This document shows positions 44,427-52,200 of a stretch of DNA of 60,872 bases, in pieces. The position numbers were made by a program, and so were the translations under genes. Position 1 is the first letter of the stretch. The number at the start of each line of letters is the position of its first letter. The DNA lies in contig JAZUHK010000030.1 in assembly GCA_045641645.1 (NCBI GenBank), forward strand, positions 1 to 60,872, in the 5' to 3' direction. The notes beneath the pieces are model-generated. The model saw nothing but the letters and a program-made list of their open reading frames with translations. It did not search any database and was not told the DNA's origin. Source of the stretch: Kiritimatiellia bacterium. Lineage in GTDB: Bacteria; Verrucomicrobiota; Kiritimatiellia; RFP12; UBA1067.

Positions 44427-45221
44427 ATGAGGAAAGATTGTAGAGAAGAATGGTTTGATGCCGAAAAGAAGGTGGCGGTGACGATGGTTGACGTCACTTC
44501 CGCCGCGCAGGCGCTCGCGCGCGGGCATCTCGCGGGGCCGACGGCGGCGCATTATCTCACCAAGGCGCTTGCCGCCGCGGCACTCTTGGGCGCCGAGGTT
44601 TCGGAAAAGGACGAGACGGTGATCCTGCAGGCGAAGTGCTCTGGTCCCCTTGGCGGCTATACGGCCGAATGTACCGCCGCCGGGACGCTGCGCGGCTATA
44701 CCGAGAAGAAGCTGCTTGACGCCTTCGACGGGATGGGCAGGCCCGACGACCGGCTCGTGATCGGCAAGGAGCAGGTGCAGGTGACGCGCTCCGTTCCCGG
44801 GAAGATTCTCTCCCAGGGAATTTCGGCTTCGCTGGACGGGTACCTCGCGGGTTCCCTGCAGCGCAAGGCCGTCATTCAGCTGGAAGCCGCCGTCTCCGAT
44901 GAGGTGGAGATTTTGTGCGCCCGCGGCATTTTGGTGGAGGAGTTGCCCGATGGCCGCGATACCGGCGTCCTCGGGGTCGTCTTTAAGTCGCTCGCCGTCT
45001 CCTCCCGCAAGCTCCTCGACCAGCTGGGGCTTAAGGCGGCGGAGCTGAAGAAGACGACGCCGCTTTCCTTCGCGTGCCGCTGTTCGCCGGAGCGCGCGAC
45101 GGCGATGCTCGCGGCGCTTTCGGAGGAGGAGCGGGAAAAGCTGCCGCCGACGCTGGACATCACCTGCCACATGTGCGGGCGGACGTTCTCCGTCGCCACC
45201 GGTAACGGGGAACGCGGATGA
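44427..45221 (+). CDS. hslO: Hsp33-family redox-regulated chaperone
   Basis: C-terminal zinc centre CRCSPER...CHMCGRTF (CxC...CxxC) and an Hsp33-like N-terminal domain. Confidence 0.8.
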   Translation: MRKDCREEWFDAEKKVAVTMVDVTSAAQALARGHLAGPTAAHYLTKALAAAALLGAEVSEKDETVILQAKCSGPLGGYTAECTAAGTLRGYTEKKLLDAFDGMGRPDDRLVIGKEQVQVTRSVPGKILSQGISASLDGYLAGSLQRKAVIQLEAAVSDEVEILCARGILVEELPDGRDTGVLGVVFKSLAVSSRKLLDQLGLKAAELKKTTPLSFACRCSPERATAMLAALSEEEREKLPPTLDITCHMCGRTFSVATGNGERG

Positions 45222-45625
45222 CGCTTTGGCGCTACGGGGCAATCAGCTTGCTGCTCCTGGCCGCCGGGGGCTGTCGCGCGTGCCATTACTTCATCCGCGA
45301 GCCGGTCGCAAGCCAGGTCCTGGAGGTGAAGGCCAATGACCGCTGGTACGTGCATCTCGACGAGAACGGCACCACCGGCTACCAATGGGTGGCGACGAGC
45401 GACAGTCCCGAGGTGCGGCTGCAGGTGGAACATCGCCCCCCGAAGGCGGAGAAGGGACTGTGCGGCGCACCCGGTAAGGCGGTGGTGACGATGCATGTCC
45501 TCCCCGGCTTTTCGGATATGGCGACGGTCACCCTGAGCTATCGCCGTTCGTGGTCGGGGGAAACGGCGCGGGAGGTGGTCTTCGCGCTCTACCGCAATGT
45601 GAAGGACACGGCGCCATGGCGATAA
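45218..45625 (+). CDS. chagasin-family (I42) cysteine-peptidase inhibitor, probable lipoprotein
   Basis: NGTTGYQW motif (family signature NPTTGY.W). N-terminal LLLLAAGGC. ATGA overlap with hslO. Confidence 0.75.
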   Translation: MTLWRYGAISLLLLAAGGCRACHYFIREPVASQVLEVKANDRWYVHLDENGTTGYQWVATSDSPEVRLQVEHRPPKAEKGLCGAPGKAVVTMHVLPGFSDMATVTLSYRRSWSGETAREVVFALYRNVKDTAPWR

Positions 45626-46257
45626 AGGTGCTTTTCTGGGACTGGAACGGAACCCTCCTCGACGATACCGATGCCGCGCTCGCGACGCTCAATCTGATGC
45701 TGGCGAAGCGAGGGAAGAAGCCGATCGGACGGGAGTTCTACCGCAATCGCTTCGCCTTCCCCGTCAAGCCGTTCTACGAGACGATCGGCGTCTGTCTGGA
45801 GGGCGAGGACTGGGATGCGCTCGCCCGCGAGTACCACGAGATCTACGCGCGGCAGCCGGTGAAGCTGAATGCGGACGCGCTTACGGCACTCAGGCGCGTG
45901 CAGGCGGCGGGAGTGCGGCAGGCGATCATTTCGGCCCTGCGGCAGGACCTCCTCGATGAAGTGACGGCGGCGTTCGGGGTGGCGCCGTATATGGAATACA
46001 TCTACGGGGTGAACAACCTCGACGGCTCCTCCAAGCTTTCGCGCGCGAAGGAGCTGATGGCGCGCTTGCAGGCGGAGGGGATCGCGGCCGCCGAGGTGGC
46101 GATCGTCGGCGATGCGCTGCACGACAAGGAAGTGGCCGATGCGCTCGGCATCCGCTGCGTCCTCCACGGTCAGGGCAGCCACGCCCCCGACCGTCTTGCC
46201 CGCGTAGCCCTCACCGGGGAGACGCTCTTGGACGCCGTTGCACTTGCCTTGGGTTGA
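45616..46257 (+). CDS. HAD-superfamily hydrolase (phosphoglycolate-phosphatase-like)
   Basis: Motif I FWDWNGTLLDD and motif IV VGDALHD. The start at ATG 45616 overlaps the upstream gene by 10 nt. Confidence 0.75.
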   Translation: MAIKVLFWDWNGTLLDDTDAALATLNLMLAKRGKKPIGREFYRNRFAFPVKPFYETIGVCLEGEDWDALAREYHEIYARQPVKLNADALTALRRVQAAGVRQAIISALRQDLLDEVTAAFGVAPYMEYIYGVNNLDGSSKLSRAKELMARLQAEGIAAAEVAIVGDALHDKEVADALGIRCVLHGQGSHAPDRLARVALTGETLLDAVALALG

Positions 46258-46272
46258 CGGCGCAAGGTTCCG

Positions 46273-48144
46273 TTACCGTCGGTCGAACTTGCGGTCGAGC
46301 TCGCTCGTGGAGGTGAAGATCATCACGGGTTTGCCGCGCGGGCAGACATAGGGCATTTTGCTCGCCGCCAGTTCCTCGACCAGTTGCGTCGCCTGTTCGG
46401 CGTCCAGCTTGATCGCCGCGCCCGCAAACGAGCGGGCGACTGATTTCGCCACCAGCTCCTCGCGCCAGCGCTCGCCCCCGCGGCGTCCCGAACCGTCGGC
46501 GAGATCCCGGGCGATGGTGGAGAGGACTTTCTCGCATTTAAGCTCCCCGATCAGTTGCGGCACCGCCTCCACCTTGTAGGTATCGGTGCCGAATTCCTCC
46601 AGCAGGAAGCCCATGCTCCGCAAAACCCCGGACGAGGCCTTGACGCGTGCGAAATCGGGCGGCGAGAGGCGCACCACTTCGGGGATGAGGAGCGGTTGGG
46701 AAAGTACGGCGGCATCGCCGTCGCTGGCGAGCAACCGCTCGAAGGCGATGCGCTCGCGGGCAGCGTGCGGATTGATGGTGACAACGCCTGCGTCGGTCTC
46801 GACGAGCAGATAACCGGAGTCGGTGAGGGCGAGGAACTTGAACCAGTTCCAGGGCTTGGCGCGGTCGCCCTCGGCGGCGAGGGGAAGGGATTGCGGTTGG
46901 GGTTGAGGGAGGGGAGGAGGTGGAGAAAGTAGGTGGAGGTGGACAGAGGAAGAATTTTTCGATTCGTCGATTTTTCGATTCGTCGATTGATTTGGGGATT
47001 GGGTGATTGGGGAATTTGAGGGAATGAGAGAAGGTTGAGGGAGGGGAGAAGGTGGAGAAAGTAGGTGGAGGTGGACAGAGGAAGAATTTGAGATTTGAGA
47101 TTTGAGATTTGAGAAGGAAGGTTGACCGGAGGAGGAGGATCGGAGGCCGAGCGCTTGCTCGATTGCCGCGATGAGCGCACGCTTGACGGCAAAATTGTCG
47201 CGGAAACGGACTTCGCGCTTCGTCGGATGCACGTTGACATCCACTTCGCGCGGCGGCAGGTCGATAAAGAGGATCGCCGCCGGCCGCGCTTCGCCGACGC
47301 GCCGCGGATACGCCTCCTTGAGGGCATAGGCGATGGCCGGCGCCGAGGCAGCGCGCCCGTTGACGAAGACATACTGGTCGCGCCGCGTGGCCAGCCCCAG
47401 CCCCGGACGCTCAATGAAGCCCGTCACCCGCACCTCGTCGCCGCGGTGTTCGCCGCCCGCGGGCAACGGCAGGAGGTCTTCAAGGAACTCGTTGCCGAAA
47501 AGTTCGCGCACGCGGTCGCGGACCGTCGTTGCCGGCGGCAGGCGGTAGAGTTCGCGACCGTCAACCGTGAGGACGAAGCCCACTTCGGGGTGCGCCAGCG
47601 CCTGGCTCGTGAAGATCGCCTTGATGTGACCTTCCTCGGTGGCCGCCGAACGGAGGAACTTCTTGCGCGCCGGCACGTTCAGGAAGAGGTCGCGCACCTC
47701 GACGCGCGTGCCGGGCGGCGCCCCGGCCGCCGTCGCCTCGGGCGCTTCCCCGGGCAGGACGCGGATCGCCGTCCCCTCGTCTGCGTCGGCGCGCCGCGTG
47801 ATGAGCGTGAAGCGCGAGACGGCGGCGATGGAGGGGATCGCCTCGCCGCGGAAGCCGAGGGTGTCGATCCGCTCGATGTCATCGACGTCGCGGATCTTGG
47901 AGGTTGCCTGCCGGATGAGCGCGGTGAGCGCGTCCTCGCGCGTCATCCCCGAACCGTCATCCTGGACGACGACGAGCTTGCGCCCGCCTTGCTCCAGGAC
48001 GACCTGGATGTGCCTGGCGCCGGCGTCGAGCGCGTTTTCCACGAGTTCCTTGACGACGCTCGCCGGCCGCTCCACCACTTCGCCGGCGGCGATCTTGTTG
48101 GCGACGTGCTCCGGGAGCACGCGGACGTGTCCGTCGGTAGGCAT
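46273..48144 (-). CDS. mutL: DNA mismatch repair protein MutL
   Basis: GHKL ATPase motifs (IAAGEVVERPASVVKELVENALDAG, DDGSGM, LGFRGEA). C-terminal dimerisation/endonuclease-type domain (INPHAARERIAFE, CPRGKPV). The linker carries two in-frame repeat copies. Confidence 0.9.
   Translation of the reverse strand: MPTDGHVRVLPEHVANKIAAGEVVERPASVVKELVENALDAGARHIQVVLEQGGRKLVVVQDDGSGMTREDALTALIRQATSKIRDVDDIERIDTLGFRGEAIPSIAAVSRFTLITRRADADEGTAIRVLPGEAPEATAAGAPPGTRVEVRDLFLNVPARKKFLRSAATEEGHIKAIFTSQALAHPEVGFVLTVDGRELYRLPPATTVRDRVRELFGNEFLEDLLPLPAGGEHRGDEVRVTGFIERPGLGLATRRDQYVFVNGRAASAPAIAYALKEAYPRRVGEARPAAILFIDLPPREVDVNVHPTKREVRFRDNFAVKRALIAAIEQALGLRSSSSGQPSFSNLKSQISNSSSVHLHLLSPPSPLPQPSLIPSNSPITQSPNQSTNRKIDESKNSSSVHLHLLSPPPPLPQPQPQSLPLAAEGDRAKPWNWFKFLALTDSGYLLVETDAGVVTINPHAARERIAFERLLASDGDAAVLSQPLLIPEVVRLSPPDFARVKASSGVLRSMGFLLEEFGTDTYKVEAVPQLIGELKCEKVLSTIARDLADGSGRRGGERWREELVAKSVARSFAGAAIKLDAEQATQLVEELAASKMPYVCPRGKPVMIFTSTSELDRKFDRR
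46893..47120 (+). repeat. two tandem polypurine composite repeats inside the mutL linker
   Basis: Exact core copies at 46919-46943 and 47048-47075, with TCGATT- and GAGATTT-type tails. On the minus strand they translate in frame as ..SSSVHLHLLSPPSPLPQP.. twice. Confidence 0.9.
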
Positions 48145-49229
48145 CAGAAGTCGAGCGAAACGCCCTTGCGGAGATAGGTGGGAGTGTCGAGGTCTTCGTC
48201 GTGCCAGATCGTCGGCACCACGTTGGCGAAACGCCCGCGGCCCGAGACCCCGGACGCGAGGACCGAACGCTTCGGCCGCGCCTGGCCCTTGGCCTTGGCC
48301 GCGGCCTCCTCCGCGCTCGACTCGAAGAGCATCGCCACCACGGAGATGCGCCCGCAGAAGGTCGCCTCGTCGTTGACGGTGGCCAGTTCGAAATCGGCGC
48401 GTTCGCCGAAGGCGCCGCGGATGCCGCCGGCGATGACTTCGATTTCCGACAGCCGCAGGTCTTCGCCGGCGAGAACGCCGATAAGCATGGAGCGGACGCC
48501 GGCGGAACCGGTCGTAAGGGTCTCGGCGCGGACGAGCGCGTCCACCGCCTCCTTGGCGCGGTCGGGGCCCTGCACCGTCACCGCGGCGAAGCGGCCGCGC
48601 CCGGATTTGGCGAGGAGATGGCGGATGCGCTCGACATCCAGCCGCAGATAGCCCGGCTTCTCGACGAGCCGCCAGAAGAAGGTGATGCCCGTTGCCACCG
48701 TATCGACGGCTCGCCGCAGGGCCTCATCCATGTTGTCGATGCCCGAGACCAGCTTGTCGAGCGGCAGGAAGAAGGTGGCGTTCGCCGCCTCTTCGATCAT
48801 CGAACGGATGCCGCGGGCCGCCCGCTGACGGTTTTCGCCTTCGAAGGTGAAGGGCGTGGTGGCGAAGACCACCGAGGGAATGCCGCGCTCGCTCAGGTGC
48901 TTGACGGCTTCGAGGGTGATGCCGCCGCCCGCGCCGCCGCCGAGGGCGGTGACGATCACCGCGAGGCGGACGCCTTCGAGCGACTCGTCGAGGACGCCGA
49001 TCGAGTCCTCGGCCGCGAGCCGCGCGGTGACGATGTCGCCGCCGGTGCCGTGGCCGGAAAGCCGGTCGCCGCCGATGAGCGCGAAGGGCGAGCCGTCGGT
49101 GTCGGTGGAGGCGTCGGTGTCGGCGGTGAGGTGGCGGAGGTTCCCGCCGTAGGCGCGGTTGACGCCGCGCGCGATGGCCGCGCCCGCGCCGCCGATGCCG
49201 ATGAGGATCATCTTGGACGAGTCGTTCAT
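48144..49229 (-). CDS. ftsZ: cell division protein FtsZ (divergent, short)
   Basis: IGIGGAGAAIA, the tubulin-signature position reads GGGAGGG, TTPFTFEG, and a C-terminal FtsA-binding-like peptide DTPTYLRKG. 361 aa. Confidence 0.8.
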   Translation of the reverse strand: MNDSSKMILIGIGGAGAAIARGVNRAYGGNLRHLTADTDASTDTDGSPFALIGGDRLSGHGTGGDIVTARLAAEDSIGVLDESLEGVRLAVIVTALGGGAGGGITLEAVKHLSERGIPSVVFATTPFTFEGENRQRAARGIRSMIEEAANATFFLPLDKLVSGIDNMDEALRRAVDTVATGITFFWRLVEKPGYLRLDVERIRHLLAKSGRGRFAAVTVQGPDRAKEAVDALVRAETLTTGSAGVRSMLIGVLAGEDLRLSEIEVIAGGIRGAFGERADFELATVNDEATFCGRISVVAMLFESSAEEAAAKAKGQARPKRSVLASGVSGRGRFANVVPTIWHDEDLDTPTYLRKGVSLDF

Positions 49230-50425
49230 TTGAAAAGCTCCCCGAAGAGGTTCTTGAGGAGCGGCTTCTCCTCGTAGTTGCGGTGTGCGTAGAGCAGGGC
49301 GCCGGCGATGGCGGCGTAGGAGGCGGGGGCGTCGACGTCGGCGAACCCGTCCACCGTGTTCGGCCGCCCGATGCGCACGGAGAGCCCGTAGGAGTTCTGG
49401 ACGAGCGCATCGAGGCCCTTCATCGCCGCGCCGCCGCCGACGAGCACCACGCCCGCATGAAGCCGGTTGAAGAGATCGAGGTCCTCGAGTTTTTCGCGGA
49501 TGATGCCCAGCAGCTCCTTGAGCCGCACGTTCACCACCGTATCGAGCGCCCGCCGCGAGACGGTGCGCGACTCCATCAGTGAAGAGGTGCCCTTCAAGGT
49601 CGCCCGCGCCGAGGCGTCGTCTTCGCCGCCCACGACGGCGGAGGCCTCCGTGCGCTTGAGCTCTTCGGCCTGGTTGTGCGTCGCCTGGAAGGCGAGGGCG
49701 ATGTCGTTGGTGATGTGGTCGCCGCCGACGCCGATCACCTCGGCGGCGGCGAGGGTGCCGTCGAGATAGACCGCATAACCGGTGGAGCCGCCGCCGAAGT
49801 CGATGACCAGGACGCCGTTCTTGCGCTCATGCTCCTCCAGTACCGCCTCGGCCGCGCAGGTGGTGGCGAAAAGCGGTTCGCGGATTTCGAGATGCGCGTC
49901 TTCGCAGGCCGTGCGCGCGTCCTGGATGCGGTTGCGGTCGGCGTGGAGGTGGAGGGCGTTGAGCTTGAGGATGCGCCCGGCCATGCCCTTGGGGGTGACG
50001 ATGCCGCCCATCTCGTCGAGGACGTAGTCCTGATTGACGATGTCGAGGAGTTCGCGGTCTTTCGGCAGCGGCATTTCGCGCGTCGCCTCGTTGACGGCGC
50101 GGATGTCGTCCGTCCCCACTCGCCCGCCTTCGACCTGTACGAAACCGGCGTAGCGGTCGGCCTTCACGTGCTGGCCCGAGAGGACGAGGAAGGCGTTGCC
50201 GATGGACACCGACCAGTTGCCGGCCGAGCCGCGTTTCTCGACTTCGCGCAGGACCGAGCGCACCGATTCGCGCGCGTTGCCGATGTCGATGATCTGGCTC
50301 TTGCGCACGCCGGAGGAGGGGATCTCGGCGTGGATCGCCTTGAGCCGTCCGCCGTTTTCCGACTCACCCACGGCGAGCACGGTGCGGGTGGTTCCGATTT
50401 CAATGGCTGCGTAGATGTTGGTCAC
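49226..50425 (-). CDS. ftsA: cell division protein FtsA
   Basis: Actin-fold motifs (IYAAIEIGTTRT, VIDFGGGSTGYAV, VLVGGGAAMKGL). GTG start with an AAGGAG SD. The longer ORF-track form overlaps ftsQ and is rejected. Confidence 0.85.
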   Translation of the reverse strand: MTNIYAAIEIGTTRTVLAVGESENGGRLKAIHAEIPSSGVRKSQIIDIGNARESVRSVLREVEKRGSAGNWSVSIGNAFLVLSGQHVKADRYAGFVQVEGGRVGTDDIRAVNEATREMPLPKDRELLDIVNQDYVLDEMGGIVTPKGMAGRILKLNALHLHADRNRIQDARTACEDAHLEIREPLFATTCAAEAVLEEHERKNGVLVIDFGGGSTGYAVYLDGTLAAAEVIGVGGDHITNDIALAFQATHNQAEELKRTEASAVVGGEDDASARATLKGTSSLMESRTVSRRALDTVVNVRLKELLGIIREKLEDLDLFNRLHAGVVLVGGGAAMKGLDALVQNSYGLSVRIGRPNTVDGFADVDAPASYAAIAGALLYAHRNYEEKPLLKNLFGELFK

Positions 50426-50429
50426 GGCT

Positions 50430-51248
50430 TCAGTTGACTCCTTGGGTGTCGGCGTAGATGCGGTTCGGAACGGTGGCGTTCCAGATCTTGACGTTGGTCG
50501 AGAGGCGGGCGCGGATGGCATCGCGCAGGCAGGCGAGCTGGCCGCACAGGGCTTGCTTGGCCGAGCCGAGCGAGCCGTCCATTCCCGTCCAGGCGATCTT
50601 CGCGCGCGAATAGTTGCCGAGGGTGGCCAGCAGGTAGTCGGCCCTGGAGATGTCCACTTCCAGGATGCCGAGTTCGGAGAATTCCGGGTCGCGGGCGGTT
50701 TCGAGCAGTTCCAGCGCCGCGCGGGCACGGCCTTCGAGCCGCTTCCCGGGCTGGGTGCCCGGACGCCCCTTTTCGCGAATGACGGGAAGGGCGGACGTGC
50801 CGCGGCGGCAGTTGAAGACCATGCCTTCCGCATCGGCGACGCGCCCGGTCTCGGTGCGCTGAGCGGTGATGCCGAGCCGTACCGACGGCACCCGCTCGAT
50901 GACGGAGATCTCGACCCGGTCGGGGAGGTGACGGGTGACGGAGATCGAACGGAGGATGGGATAGCGCTTGAGGGCGTCGGCGCGCTGCTTCGAGAAGTCC
51001 ACGAGCGCGAGGTTGACGCCGTTGCGGAGCCCGAACGCCTCCATTATCGCATCGGGGCTGACCATCCTTCCCGACGAGACCGTGACCTGGGAGGCGACGT
51101 CGGTGATGACGCACTGCTCCAGCCAGAGGTCGCGGAGGCGCGAATAGGCAACCGTTATCCCGATGCCGAGGGCGGCGAGGACGACGAGGGAGATGAAGAC
51201 GGCGAAAGTGCGCTTGCCGCCCGAATGGCTGACGGTGTTCTGCTTCAT
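50430..51248 (-). CDS. ftsQ: cell division protein FtsQ
   Basis: 272 aa. Single N-terminal TM (FAVFISLVVLAALGIGITVA) followed by POTRA-like and FtsQ-type domains. ATGA overlap with ddl. Confidence 0.75.
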   Translation of the reverse strand: MKQNTVSHSGGKRTFAVFISLVVLAALGIGITVAYSRLRDLWLEQCVITDVASQVTVSSGRMVSPDAIMEAFGLRNGVNLALVDFSKQRADALKRYPILRSISVTRHLPDRVEISVIERVPSVRLGITAQRTETGRVADAEGMVFNCRRGTSALPVIREKGRPGTQPGKRLEGRARAALELLETARDPEFSELGILEVDISRADYLLATLGNYSRAKIAWTGMDGSLGSAKQALCGQLACLRDAIRARLSTNVKIWNATVPNRIYADTQGVN

Positions 51249-52156
51249 GGGGCGGATCCTTCGTCGCAGGCGGCGGTGGCGAGGATGCGGTCGCAGACCT
51301 CGGCGAACGTAAGCCCCGTCTTCATGCCCGCCTTGGGGACGAGCGAATGGGAGGTGAAGCCGGGCGAGGTGTTGAGTTCGAGGACATAGCAGCGCCCGAG
51401 CGGGGAGACGCGGAAATCGACGCGCGTCACTCCGCGGCAGCCGACGGCGCGGTAGGCGTCGACGGCGAGCTTCTTCAGCTTCGCGGCGAGCTCGTCGGCG
51501 TCGTCCAGGAAGGGATAGCGCGTCTCTTCGGAATTGTATTTCTCCTCGTAGCCGTACCACCCGCCCTTGGCGACGATTTCGATGACAGGCAGGGCCTCGC
51601 CGTCGATGACGCCCACGGTGAACTCGCGCCCCGGAACGAATTCCTCCACAAGGACGGGCCCGGGAGCGGCCATCGCCTTCGTCGCGCAGGCGAGGGCGGC
51701 GGCCCATTCGCCGGGCGACGAGACCTTGGAGATGCCCACGGAGGAGCCGTCGGCCGGCGGCTTGACGACGACCGGGAGCGGCAGGGGACTCTTTTCGGCA
51801 TCCGGTTCTGCGAGCGACCACCTGGCGGTGGGGACGCCCTTCATCTCCAGGACGAGCTTCGTCTTCACCTTGTCCATGGCGATGCGCGAGGCCGCGACGC
51901 CGGGGCCCGTGTAGGGGATACGGAGCGCGTTGAGCGCGGCCTGCACGCCGCCGTTTTCGCCCCAGCCGCCGTGGAGGGCGATGTAGGCGCGCGAAATCCC
52001 GGGCGGCAGTGCCGTGAGCTTTTCGCCGCGCACATCGACGCTGACAACCTCATACTTGCCGAGGGAAGCGAGGCCCTCGGCGACGTTCTTTCCGCTGACC
52101 AGGGACACTTCGCGTTCGTTGGAGTCCCCGCCCATCAAAACCGCAATCTTTTCCAT
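51245..52156 (-). CDS. ddl: D-alanine--D-alanine ligase
   Basis: KIAVLMGGDSNEREVSLVSG, ATP-grasp motifs, and LELNTSPGFT. Confidence 0.9.
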   Translation of the reverse strand: MEKIAVLMGGDSNEREVSLVSGKNVAEGLASLGKYEVVSVDVRGEKLTALPPGISRAYIALHGGWGENGGVQAALNALRIPYTGPGVAASRIAMDKVKTKLVLEMKGVPTARWSLAEPDAEKSPLPLPVVVKPPADGSSVGISKVSSPGEWAAALACATKAMAAPGPVLVEEFVPGREFTVGVIDGEALPVIEIVAKGGWYGYEEKYNSEETRYPFLDDADELAAKLKKLAVDAYRAVGCRGVTRVDFRVSPLGRCYVLELNTSPGFTSHSLVPKAGMKTGLTFAEVCDRILATAACDEGSAP

Positions 52157-52164
52157 ACGGTGGT

Positions 52165-52173
52165 ATTATAGCA
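52165..52173 (-). promoter_or_regulatory. extended -10 box TGCTATAAT for the ddl-ftsQAZ-mutL operon
   Basis: Minus-strand TGCTATAAT ends 8 nt before the ddl ATG (52156). Confidence 0.5.
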
Positions 52174-52191
52174 AATCGGAGGTCGGTTTTT

Positions 52192-52200
52192 TGGTATAAT
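52192..52200 (+). promoter_or_regulatory. extended -10 box TGGTATAAT for the third regulator
   Basis: Exact TGnTATAAT abutting GTG 52201. This argues that the real start lies downstream. Confidence 0.4.
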
